Positions 28,101-36,111 of a DNA stretch of 64,000 nt are shown here, in pieces. Origin of the DNA: an uncultured Nitrospina sp. (GTDB taxonomy: Bacteria > Nitrospinota > Nitrospinia > Nitrospinales > VA-1). The translations under genes and the position numbers were made by a program. The stretch lies in assembly GCA_937891765.1 (NCBI GenBank), contig CALAGQ010000001.1:14864-78863 (forward strand), written 5' to 3'. Each line of letters opens with the position of its first letter. The first letter of the stretch is position 1. The notes beneath the pieces are model-generated. The model ran no database searches and was not told the DNA's origin. It saw only the letters and a list, made by a program, of their open reading frames with translations.

Positions 28101-28211
28101 CAACAGTTGTTTCATAATCAATGGCTTAATCTTGTGGCCTTGGATCCCCATACATTTGAGTTTCATCGGTATAATTCGAATGCTACGTGGGAAACGGTTC
28201 TTGTCCCTTAA
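25197..28211 (+). CDS. dabA: DabA (DUF2309) - carbonic-anhydrase-like subunit of DAB-type inorganic carbon pumps
   Basis: 1004 aa. The N-terminal [22 protein letters not shown] is typical of DUF2309. The putative Zn ligands are conserved: C498/D500 in FCIDVRSE (nt 26688-26696) and H696/C711 in [23 protein letters not shown] (nt 27282-27329). Confidence 0.9.
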   Translation: [1004 protein letters not shown]

Positions 28212-28349
28212 TTAGACATACAATGGAAGATAGGCGCTTGGACTACTACAAGAATACGGATGCTTCATTCCAAGTTTCCGGCTGGTTTTTTTTATAGGAA
28301 AAGTCGAGTAAACTGATGCTTTTCGGTCAAACCCGTATCTAATAATTTT

Positions 28350-28856
28350 ATGGCAACTCGATCTAGACCCATTTCTTCAAGATTCCTGTTTTTAAAAGCC
28401 ATGGCACTGTTTGTGTTTTGGGTTTTGATTTCTGCAAGCTTTGAATGGATTCATCTTGGTTTGGGGCTTGTTTTTTCCTTCGCCGTGGCCTGGATCAACT
28501 CTGGCCATTCACTTTTTGTTCCGAAATTTCGTTTGTGGCTCAGAATCCTCCTTTACCTTCCATGGCTTTTTTATAAGATCATTGAAAGCAGCCTTTATTT
28601 GTCCAAGCTTATTTTGCATCCTGCGCTTCCCATTGATCCTCAGTTGGTTTCTGTGGATTCAAAACTGCGTCACCACGCAGCCGTTGTTCTTCTCGGTAAC
28701 TCCATTACGTTAACCCCTGGAACGATTACCGTAGAGGTTGACAGTAATAAACTCATTGTTCACGCAATGGATAAGGTTTTAAGCGAAGATATTGAAAGTA
28801 AGCAGATCGAATCTAAAATTGCTGATATATTTAAGGACGAGGAACCGGATCTATGA
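28350..28856 (+). CDS. mrpE: Mrp/Mnh antiporter subunit E
   Basis: 168 aa with two N-terminal TM helices. It contains the MnhE-like block NSITLTPGTITVEVD...LIVHAMD. Its stop overlaps the next start as ATGA. Confidence 0.75.
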   Translation: MATRSRPISSRFLFLKAMALFVFWVLISASFEWIHLGLGLVFSFAVAWINSGHSLFVPKFRLWLRILLYLPWLFYKIIESSLYLSKLILHPALPIDPQLVSVDSKLRHHAAVVLLGNSITLTPGTITVEVDSNKLIVHAMDKVLSEDIESKQIESKIADIFKDEEPDL

Positions 28857-29119
28857 CAACTTTCTTTTTCTACGTTATGGTGCTGTTGGCTATTCTCATT
28901 GGTGCTTATCTGTACCGTGTCTTGCAGGGTCCCACAATTTTTGATCGTGTGTTGGGTCTCAATGGTATTTCCACCAAGGCAATTATTTTGTTTATTGTCA
29001 TAGGAACTTATTCTGAACGAGTCAATATGTTTATTGACATCTCGACCGGGTATGCCCTGATAAATTTAGTCGGAGCGCTTGCCGTGGCCAAATATTTGGA
29101 ACAAAAGGGACTTCCTTAG
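28853..29119 (+). CDS. mrpF: Mrp/Mnh antiporter subunit F
   Basis: 88 aa with three TM helices and the MrpF-like block GPTIFDRVLGLNGISTK. Confidence 0.8.
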   Translation: MTTFFFYVMVLLAILIGAYLYRVLQGPTIFDRVLGLNGISTKAIILFIVIGTYSERVNMFIDISTGYALINLVGALAVAKYLEQKGLP

Positions 29120-29120
29120 C

Positions 29121-29420
29121 ATGGACATACTTTCCATCATTTTTATAGTAGCGGGCTTATTTTTTATGATTGTTGCTGCGATTGGTGTGGTTCGATTACC
29201 TGATGTGTTTAGCCGTTCTCATGCCGTATCATTAACAGACTCCTTAGGTGCCTTTTTGATGTTAGTTGGAATCGCCTTCCATGAGGGGCTGGGTAAAAAT
29301 ACACTGAAAATTCTAGTGGTGTTGGCCTTGTTGTATATTCTAAATCCAGTCATTGCACATGCCACGATTCGCGCGGCTTTCCGGTCTGGTGTAAAACCTT
29401 GGCAAAAGAAATCCTCATGA
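29121..29420 (+). CDS. mrpG: Mrp/Mnh antiporter subunit G
   Basis: The start at ATG 29121 is 1 nt after the mrpF stop. The block AAIGVVRLPDVFSRSHAVSLTDSLG matches the MnhG signature (RLPD..R.HA). Confidence 0.8.
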   Translation: MDILSIIFIVAGLFFMIVAAIGVVRLPDVFSRSHAVSLTDSLGAFLMLVGIAFHEGLGKNTLKILVVLALLYILNPVIAHATIRAAFRSGVKPWQKKSS

Positions 29421-29947
29421 TCTTTCCATTTGAAATTCCTTTACTCCTTCTCCTGCTTGTTACCGCCGCCGGTGCCATCCTGGTTAAGGATTTGATGAGT
29501 GCCGTTCTACTCTTGGGCACTTACAGTTTTTTCCTGTCGTTGGTATGGGGATGGTTTGGAGCAGTAGATGTCGCCTTCGTGGAAGCCGTCGTAGGAGCAG
29601 GATTAGGTACGGTTTTGTTTCTATTAACTCTATTTGGTACTGCTCCCAAAGACACTCGGCTTCATCGTCCTCCTCCTTCTCTGTTAACGTTAATTGTTTT
29701 TCCCCTCTTGGGGTTTCTTTTGCTCTATGCCGCGAGCGATCTTCCTGAATTTAGGGACCCGAGTTCTCCAGCAAGTGTTCATATTTCGCCGACCTATCTT
29801 GAGCAGAGTTATCAGGATACCCACACTCCGAATGTTGTCACTGCGGTACTGATGGACTATCGATCGCTTGATACGATGGTCGAAACCGTAGTGATTTTTG
29901 CGGCGGGCATTGCTTGTATTTTACTGCTTAGGAGGCAAGTAAAATGA
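29417..29947 (+). CDS. DUF4040/MrpA-C-terminal-like plus MnhB-N-terminal-like membrane subunit (MbhD/E-like)
   Basis: The start at ATG 29417 overlaps the mrpG stop as ATGA. The GAVDVAFVEAVVGAGLGTVLF and NVVTAVLMDYRSLDTMVETVV blocks are typical of the MnhB/DUF4040 region. Confidence 0.7.
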   Translation: MIFPFEIPLLLLLLVTAAGAILVKDLMSAVLLLGTYSFFLSLVWGWFGAVDVAFVEAVVGAGLGTVLFLLTLFGTAPKDTRLHRPPPSLLTLIVFPLLGFLLLYAASDLPEFRDPSSPASVHISPTYLEQSYQDTHTPNVVTAVLMDYRSLDTMVETVVIFAAGIACILLLRRQVK

Positions 29948-30396
29948 TACGCCAACACGACAGTATTATCGTACATACCTTAGGGCGCTTTGTTATCCCG
30001 GTGGTCCAAATTTTTGGTTTATATGTGTTGTTTTTTGGGCAATACGGACCAGGCGGAGGCTTTGTGGGTGGGGTGATTCTAGGTTCGAGTATGATTTTAT
30101 CGGTCTTGATTTTTGGTCATGACGCTTCCCGGAGTCAAATTGTCAAAAAGGCTTTGCATGCTGATGGGGTAGGGCTGCTGATCTTCGCGGGTGTAGGTGG
30201 CTTGTGTATGATTGGAGGAGGAGAGTTTCTCAATTATGCAAATTTGGAAATTCCAGGTTTGGAAACTGCTTCTCGAAGATCTTTGGGGATCGTACTCACG
30301 CAAATCGGTGTGGCAGTAGATGTTGCGGTAACAGCCATTTCTATTGTGTTCAGTTTGTCTGCTGAAGAAATTATCGAGGATTCAATAAATGGTTGA
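29944..30396 (+). CDS. mrpB: Mrp/Mnh antiporter subunit B
   Basis: 150 aa with a GPGGGFVGG block and four TM helices. It overlaps its neighbour as ATGA. Confidence 0.7.
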   Translation: MIRQHDSIIVHTLGRFVIPVVQIFGLYVLFFGQYGPGGGFVGGVILGSSMILSVLIFGHDASRSQIVKKALHADGVGLLIFAGVGGLCMIGGGEFLNYANLEIPGLETASRRSLGIVLTQIGVAVDVAVTAISIVFSLSAEEIIEDSING

Positions 30397-30766
30397 TGCA
30401 TTTTTAGCAGTTTTTCATCGACCCAATTTTTTGACATTTGTCATCCTTTTTCTGTGGGGCTTTTATGTCATGGTTACGCGATACAATCTCGTAAAGAAAC
30501 TCATCGGGATGTATTTGGTGCAAACCAGCGTGATTTTTTTCCTAGTATCTATTAGCGTGAAGAAGGGCGCGACTGTTCCCGTGCTCTTGTCAATCACGGA
30601 GCCGGTGCAAGCGGCCAGCTATGCGAATCCGTTACCTCATGCACTGACGCTGACTGCTATTGTGGTTGGCGTGGCGACCACCGGCGTGGGTTTAGCCCTG
30701 TGCGGGGCAATCTATCGAAAATATGGAAGCCTTGACGAACAAGAAATTCTTGGAAAATTAGAATGA
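30389..30766 (+). CDS. mrpC: Mrp/Mnh antiporter subunit C (NuoK-like)
   Basis: 125 aa with three TM helices and the NuoK/MnhC-like block RYNLVKKLIGMYLVQTSVIFFLV. It overlaps mrpB by 8 nt. Confidence 0.75.
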   Translation: MVDAFLAVFHRPNFLTFVILFLWGFYVMVTRYNLVKKLIGMYLVQTSVIFFLVSISVKKGATVPVLLSITEPVQAASYANPLPHALTLTAIVVGVATTGVGLALCGAIYRKYGSLDEQEILGKLE

Positions 30767-32232
30767 GTCACCAACTTCCCGCAATCCTATTTCTTCTCCC
30801 ATTGTTTGCAGCTATTTCCATGCCAGTGGTTTGTCTAAAACACCATCACTGGAGCCAGTCAATTTCTGTGGCAACTCTCTCGGCTATGGTGCTGGTCTCT
30901 ATTTTGAATCTCCATAACGTCATTCATCATGGAGAAGTGCGGTATGTGTTTGGTGGGTGGGCTGTGTCCCTCGGCATTGAGTGGGTGGCTGATGGATTAG
31001 CAAGTGTCATCTTAGTGTTAATGAGTGCCTTATGTTTACTGGGTGTAATATTTACTGGACCCGCCTCCCCAAAGAATCTAGGTGGCCGAATCGTTCATTT
31101 TCACACGTTGATTTTATTATTGATGTCCTCTTTGACCGGCATTGTTTTCGCCGGGGATTTTTTCAATCTGTTCGTGTTTTTAGAAGTTGCAGCCATCTCG
31201 AGTTATGCGCTTATTGGTGCAGCTGGAGGGAGAGCGTTGTTTGCAGCCTTTCGCTATCTTATATTGGGAACCATTGGTGCCTCCCTTTTTCTTTTAGGGA
31301 TGAGTTATCTCTATGCGGTGACGGGCACACTGAATATGTCTGATATGGCCGACAAACTTCCTTTGTTGCTAAGCTCTAAAGCTCTAGTAGGTGGACTGCT
31401 TTTTTTGTTTATTGGTTTGGGGATCAAGATGGCCTTAGTCCCGTTTCATTCTTGGTTGCCCGAAGCCTATACTTATGCTCCTGATTCCATTTCCCCTATC
31501 CTAGCTTCACTCGTCACCAAAGTAGCGCTATTGGTGTGGATCAGAATACTCTATTGGGTCTTTAATGCGTCAAATATCATTAATGATATTCCGATTTTGC
31601 TACTGGTGGAAGTTGTTGGAGCATTAGCGGCGGTCATAGGCGCAAGTCTGGCCTTGGCTCAGCGGGATCTTAAAACGATGTTCGCTTATGGAGGGATTTC
31701 GCACATCGGCATCATTCTCATTGGAATCAGTCAAGGCAACCCCACCGGGTTTGTCGGAGGGGTTTTTTATTTATTGAATGATTCCGTTATGCAAGCGGGC
31801 TTGTTTTTTTTAGCAGGCGTCGCGTTTTGTCAGTATGGGGTCAGAGCTATTGATGACATAGGGCGTGTTGGGAAAGAAGCACCCTGGCTCACTGGGTCTT
31901 TAATTATTATGGCCTTCGGCATGATTGGCCTGCCTCCGACGGGTGGTTTTTTTGGCAAATGGTACATCATTCTTGGAGCGTTAGAAGCGGGCAATTATGT
32001 TTCGGTCGCTGCGGTGGTGCTCTCCACGCTCTTGACGCTTGCCTACTTCATTAAACTGTTTGAGGGCATTTTTCACCAAACATCAACTCGATTGGACGTT
32101 CAGTTTGGTGAAATTCCCCTCTCATTTAAACTGACTCTGGGAGTTACGTCCGTAGCTATCATTATTCTTGGTTTATTCAGTTCTCCCATTATTCAACTGT
32201 TGTTGAATCACGCTCTGCCACCAACTCTTTGA
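30763..32232 (+). CDS. mrpD: Mrp subunit D / NuoN-M-like antiporter-like subunit
   Basis: 489 aa and polytopic. It has proton-conducting-transporter blocks (FLEVAAISSYALI, GIKMALVPFHSWLPEAYTYAP, DLKTMFAYGGISHIG). It overlaps mrpC as ATGA. Confidence 0.85.
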   Translation: MSHQLPAILFLLPLFAAISMPVVCLKHHHWSQSISVATLSAMVLVSILNLHNVIHHGEVRYVFGGWAVSLGIEWVADGLASVILVLMSALCLLGVIFTGPASPKNLGGRIVHFHTLILLLMSSLTGIVFAGDFFNLFVFLEVAAISSYALIGAAGGRALFAAFRYLILGTIGASLFLLGMSYLYAVTGTLNMSDMADKLPLLLSSKALVGGLLFLFIGLGIKMALVPFHSWLPEAYTYAPDSISPILASLVTKVALLVWIRILYWVFNASNIINDIPILLLVEVVGALAAVIGASLALAQRDLKTMFAYGGISHIGIILIGISQGNPTGFVGGVFYLLNDSVMQAGLFFLAGVAFCQYGVRAIDDIGRVGKEAPWLTGSLIIMAFGMIGLPPTGGFFGKWYIILGALEAGNYVSVAAVVLSTLLTLAYFIKLFEGIFHQTSTRLDVQFGEIPLSFKLTLGVTSVAIIILGLFSSPIIQLLLNHALPPTL

Positions 32233-32240
32233 GAGGAATT

Positions 32241-34421
32241 ATGGCTCTTTTCGTCCTCATTCCCTTGCTTCCCTTTTTGGCTTCTCTCATTCTTCTGCTT
32301 GGGGGACGTCGTTGGGGTGAGAACGGTCACCGAATTGGGATTCCTGCCATCGGTATCTCTTTTGGGTTATCAGTTGCCGCTTTCATTGAAGTGTGGAGAA
32401 ATGGACCATTTACTGTTTCTCTTTATCGCCTCTTTCAATCTGGTTCCTTAACCATTGATTTAACTCTGTTCGTTGACCAACTGACGGTTTTGCTTTTGCT
32501 CTTGGTTACAGGAGTAAGTGGGGTTGTGCATGTGTATTCCTCTCGTTACATGATAGGAGAGTCCCGATATAATCGTTTTTTTGCCGTCATTGCCTTGTTT
32601 ACTTTTTCTATGATTTTGTTGGTCATGAGTGGCAATCTTTTGATGACGTTGATTAGCTGGGAAGTCATGGGGATCTGTTCCTATCTGCTAATTTCTCACG
32701 CAGCAGAACGTCCTTCAGCTTGCAGGGCGGCCACCAAAGCTTTTCTCGTTAACGCAGTCGCGGATGTCTGGTTCAGTTTTGGCATCATTCTAACCTTTTT
32801 CACCTTTGGTACACTCGATATCCAGACTATTCTTCTTCAGGCTGAAGGTATGCAGGACTACACCATCAATATCTTAGGGTGGATGGGCTTGGATCTTAAT
32901 ATCTATCCTGTGGCGCTTATTCCCTTCTTCCTCTTTATAGGGGCTATGGGAAAATCAGCACAAATACCATTTCACGTTTGGTTACCCGGGGCGATGGAAG
33001 CTCCGACTCCGGTCTCGGCGCTTATTCATGCGGCTACTATGGTGAATGCGGGTCCGTTTTTGTTAGTGCGCTTGAGTCCGTTGATTGTCCTTTCTCCCTA
33101 CGCCATGACTTTCATTGTCATTATTGGTGCCACTACCGCGGTATTTGCTGGGATAGTTTCCTTGACTCAATCGGACATCAAAAAGATTTTGGCCTATTCC
33201 ACAATTAGTCAAATCGGATTCATGGTTATGGCCTGTGGTTTGGGCGCGTTTGCAGTTGCAATTTTCCATCTTCTTGCCCATGGGTGCTACAAAGCGTTCT
33301 TTTTTCTATCTACTGGCAATGCGTTGCGATCAGTGGAACAGGGACTTGGGCATGGTGACCATGAACACCATGTCTCTGAGGGCATGGGGATCTTATATGG
33401 CGGGGCCTTGTTGTTGGCGTTAATCCCGCCGTTAGTTCTGTTCTCAGGATCATATGAATATTTGTGGGGGGTCACGGGGTTTGCTTCTGCAGCGATCGGA
33501 TTCAAAATCATTGGCTTGATTACAGTATTTGTGACTTCTCAATATCTTTTTAAAAACGTCACTTCGCTTTTTGCTCACGATCCAAAGACGTACTGGCTCG
33601 CTTCAGGACAAAATAGTTTGGAGAAACAATCTGTACGACGCCAGTTCTTAAATGGCTCCATTTTAACTGGTCTTTTTCTAACTACGGTTTTTGCAGGTGG
33701 GCTCTTGACTCTGTTTTGGAGTTGGTTCGCCAACTTTCTTGCACCGGCTTTGACCCTTCCAGGGGTCAAGTTAGCTGAAGGTACAGTCGAGCGCGGCTTT
33801 CCTTTTTGGCTTGTTGTTTCTCTTGGCGTGGCAGTGGCGGGGTGGGTCTATGCATACTCCACACAGGTACGATCTCAACATCAGATATCCAGAACAAATG
33901 GGAGAAGCAATCGATTGTATGTCTTTTTTTGGAATAAAGGATACTTTGATGAAATCTATGATGTCTATCTGGTAACCCCAACCATTAAGTTCGCACACTG
34001 GCTGTGGCGAACTATTGATATAAGGGGTATAGATCATTTCATCCATTCTATCGCGACTTATTCTGTGTGTTTTGCCGGGTGGCTGTGGCGAATTATTGAT
34101 ATAAGGGTGATAGATCATTTCATCCATTCTATCGCGACTTATTCTGTGTGTTTTGCCGGGTGGCTGTGGCGAATTATTGATATAAGGGTGATAGATCATT
34201 TCATCCATTTTTTCGCGGCTAATTCTGTTTATTTTTCCCGGTGGTTATGGCGAACGGTTGATATTAATTGGTTGGAGCGGAAAGTGGGGCATGCAGCAGA
34301 AAAAATTAATGATTCGGGGCAATTACTGAAAGAAATTGAACCCCGTACCATCCAACATCAGTTATTTGTAATGATATTTTGGTTAGTTGCGATGACTTTT
34401 CTATTGTATAACATGCTTTAA
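32241..34421 (+). CDS. NuoL/MrpA-N-terminal-like antiporter-like subunit (DabB-type candidate) with an expanded lateral-helix region
   Basis: ATG 32241 is preferred (GAGAGGA Shine-Dalgarno) over TTG 32229. NuoL hallmarks are present: WEVMGICSYLLISH, GAMGKSAQIPFHVWLPGAMEAPTPVSALIHAATMVNAG, DIKKILAYSTISQIGFM and YFDEIYDVYLVTP. The C-terminal region contains the 27-aa tandem repeat. Confidence 0.85.
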   Translation: MALFVLIPLLPFLASLILLLGGRRWGENGHRIGIPAIGISFGLSVAAFIEVWRNGPFTVSLYRLFQSGSLTIDLTLFVDQLTVLLLLLVTGVSGVVHVYSSRYMIGESRYNRFFAVIALFTFSMILLVMSGNLLMTLISWEVMGICSYLLISHAAERPSACRAATKAFLVNAVADVWFSFGIILTFFTFGTLDIQTILLQAEGMQDYTINILGWMGLDLNIYPVALIPFFLFIGAMGKSAQIPFHVWLPGAMEAPTPVSALIHAATMVNAGPFLLVRLSPLIVLSPYAMTFIVIIGATTAVFAGIVSLTQSDIKKILAYSTISQIGFMVMACGLGAFAVAIFHLLAHGCYKAFFFLSTGNALRSVEQGLGHGDHEHHVSEGMGILYGGALLLALIPPLVLFSGSYEYLWGVTGFASAAIGFKIIGLITVFVTSQYLFKNVTSLFAHDPKTYWLASGQNSLEKQSVRRQFLNGSILTGLFLTTVFAGGLLTLFWSWFANFLAPALTLPGVKLAEGTVERGFPFWLVVSLGVAVAGWVYAYSTQVRSQHQISRTNGRSNRLYVFFWNKGYFDEIYDVYLVTPTIKFAHWLWRTIDIRGIDHFIHSIATYSVCFAGWLWRIIDIRVIDHFIHSIATYSVCFAGWLWRIIDIRVIDHFIHFFAANSVYFSRWLWRTVDINWLERKVGHAAEKINDSGQLLKEIEPRTIQHQLFVMIFWLVAMTFLLYNML
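33999..34268 (+). repeat. 81-bp (27-codon) in-frame tandem repeat, about 3.4 copies, inside the NuoL-like gene
   Basis: Unit starts (tggctgtggcgaa...) fall at 33999, 34080, 34161 and 34242. By hand alignment, copies 1 and 2 differ at 3 of 81 nt. Copies 2 and 3 are identical for 45 nt and then differ at 8 positions. Copy 4 is partial. Confidence 0.95.
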
Positions 34422-34549
34422 TGAGTTACCGACTTGTATTCCTAAATTTATAAAAAATGGGTCTGGTTGAAAATGGCCTTACGTCATTTTTCTTGTGCTA
34501 ACTTGAAAAGCAAGGAGTTTACTGCTTTCGTGGGACGGAGATTTTTTAA

Positions 34550-36019
34550 ATGGCTCTATTGATGGATCATCTGATTAGCTGGATGATTGTCGTTCCTTTT
34601 TTAGGAATCGTCATTCTGGCATTTTTGCGTGATGAAGAATCGATTCGACGAATTGCCCTTGGCATCACAATGGTGGAGGTTCTCCTTTCGCTGATACTCT
34701 GGAGGAGTTTCGATTCCACTTTGCAAGGCATGCAGTTCGTGGAGCGCTTGGAATGGATGCCCACGTTTAATATTCAGTATGCGGTTGGTGTTGATGGTAT
34801 TAGTATTCTTATGGTGATACTCACAGCCCTTCTTTGTCCACTCTGTGTCCTTTGTTCGTGGACGGGAATTACAACACGAGTACGAGCCTATCTCTCGCTG
34901 ATCTTGTTAGTTGAAGGTGCCATGATTGTGGTCTTTACCGCCCTGGACCTTTTCCTGTTTTTCATGTTGTGGGAACTTACAATGATTCCCATGTATTTCA
35001 TGATTATTCTCTGGGGTGGGCCGAATCGTATTGCTGCTGGGCTTAAATTCGTTTTGTATAGTCTAACAGGAAGCTTACTGCTACTGGTGGGAATATTGGG
35101 TGTTTATCTTAATGGGGGACATACCTACGATCTTTTGGTGTTAACTGAACAAACTTATTCTTCCAGCACGCAATTCTGGTTATTCTTGGCGTTCTTTCTG
35201 GCTTTTGCTATAAAAATGCCAATGGTTCCCTTTCATACGTGGCTCCCTGACGCCCACTCCGAAGCTCCTACGGCTGGCAGCGTGATTTTGGCTGGAGTGC
35301 TCTTGAAAATGGGAGGATATGGGTTTTTGCGTTTTTGTTTACCTATGTTTCCAGAGGCTTCGGTGAATTTCGCCCCATATATTTTGTGGTTGTCGGTTAC
35401 AGCCATTATCTATGGTGGGTATATGGCCTTGGCACAGTCTGATCTTAAAAAGCTCATAGCCTATTCTTCAGTTTCCCACATGGGTTTTGTTACTCTCGGA
35501 ATTTTTGTGTTCAATAGCCAAGGTATCCAAGGCGCTGTCTTGCAAATGTTTAATCACGGGATTACTACTGCAGCCTTATTTATTTGTGTTGGACAATTGT
35601 ACGAGCGCACTCACAGTCGAGCGATTTCCGACTACGGCGGCTTGCATAATTCCATGCCAAGATTTGTCACATTGTTCTTTTTGTTTTCAGTCGCCGGCTT
35701 TGGGCTACCAGGCACCTGTAATTTCATTGGTGAATTTTTGGTCTTAGTCGGAGTTTCCTATGTCAACTTTGCCATGGTTCTTATCTCTATGGGAGGTATT
35801 GTTTTAGCTGCTGCATATATGTTGTGGATGCTCCAAAGGGTGGCGTTGGGAGAACCATCGACAGAAGCCGCCAAAGTGCTCCCTGATATATCGAATCGGG
35901 AATTGGCTACGCTGATTCCATTGGCTATCCTCGTATTGTGTATTGGATTGTATCCCGGACCATTGATGGAAGTGATGAATGCGAGTGTGATTCACCTCAT
36001 CCAATCTGGCGTAAATTAA
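34550..36019 (+). CDS. NuoM/MrpD-like antiporter-like subunit
   Basis: 489 aa. NuoM hallmarks are present: FFMLWELTMIPMYFMI, AFAIKMPMVPFHTWLPDAHSEAPTAGSVILAGVLLKMGGYGFLRF and DLKKLIAYSSVSHMGF. Confidence 0.85.
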   Translation: MALLMDHLISWMIVVPFLGIVILAFLRDEESIRRIALGITMVEVLLSLILWRSFDSTLQGMQFVERLEWMPTFNIQYAVGVDGISILMVILTALLCPLCVLCSWTGITTRVRAYLSLILLVEGAMIVVFTALDLFLFFMLWELTMIPMYFMIILWGGPNRIAAGLKFVLYSLTGSLLLLVGILGVYLNGGHTYDLLVLTEQTYSSSTQFWLFLAFFLAFAIKMPMVPFHTWLPDAHSEAPTAGSVILAGVLLKMGGYGFLRFCLPMFPEASVNFAPYILWLSVTAIIYGGYMALAQSDLKKLIAYSSVSHMGFVTLGIFVFNSQGIQGAVLQMFNHGITTAALFICVGQLYERTHSRAISDYGGLHNSMPRFVTLFFLFSVAGFGLPGTCNFIGEFLVLVGVSYVNFAMVLISMGGIVLAAAYMLWMLQRVALGEPSTEAAKVLPDISNRELATLIPLAILVLCIGLYPGPLMEVMNASVIHLIQSGVN

Positions 36020-36111
36020 AATTTGCCTCATAAATATAAGATCTTGCCGTAAGACTTGAGGATTGGAAGTTAATAAGAATCGCTAGCTCCTCCCCAAAGT
36101 TTGATGATTTA

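Noticed and set aside
33999-34268. The 81-bp repeat array as a CRISPR-like or minisatellite non-coding element.
   Set aside because: There are no spacers: the units abut directly. The array is in frame within a conserved NuoL-like ORF and preserves an amphipathic peptide pattern. The 145-aa minus-strand ORF at 33771-34208 is a shadow of the repeat.
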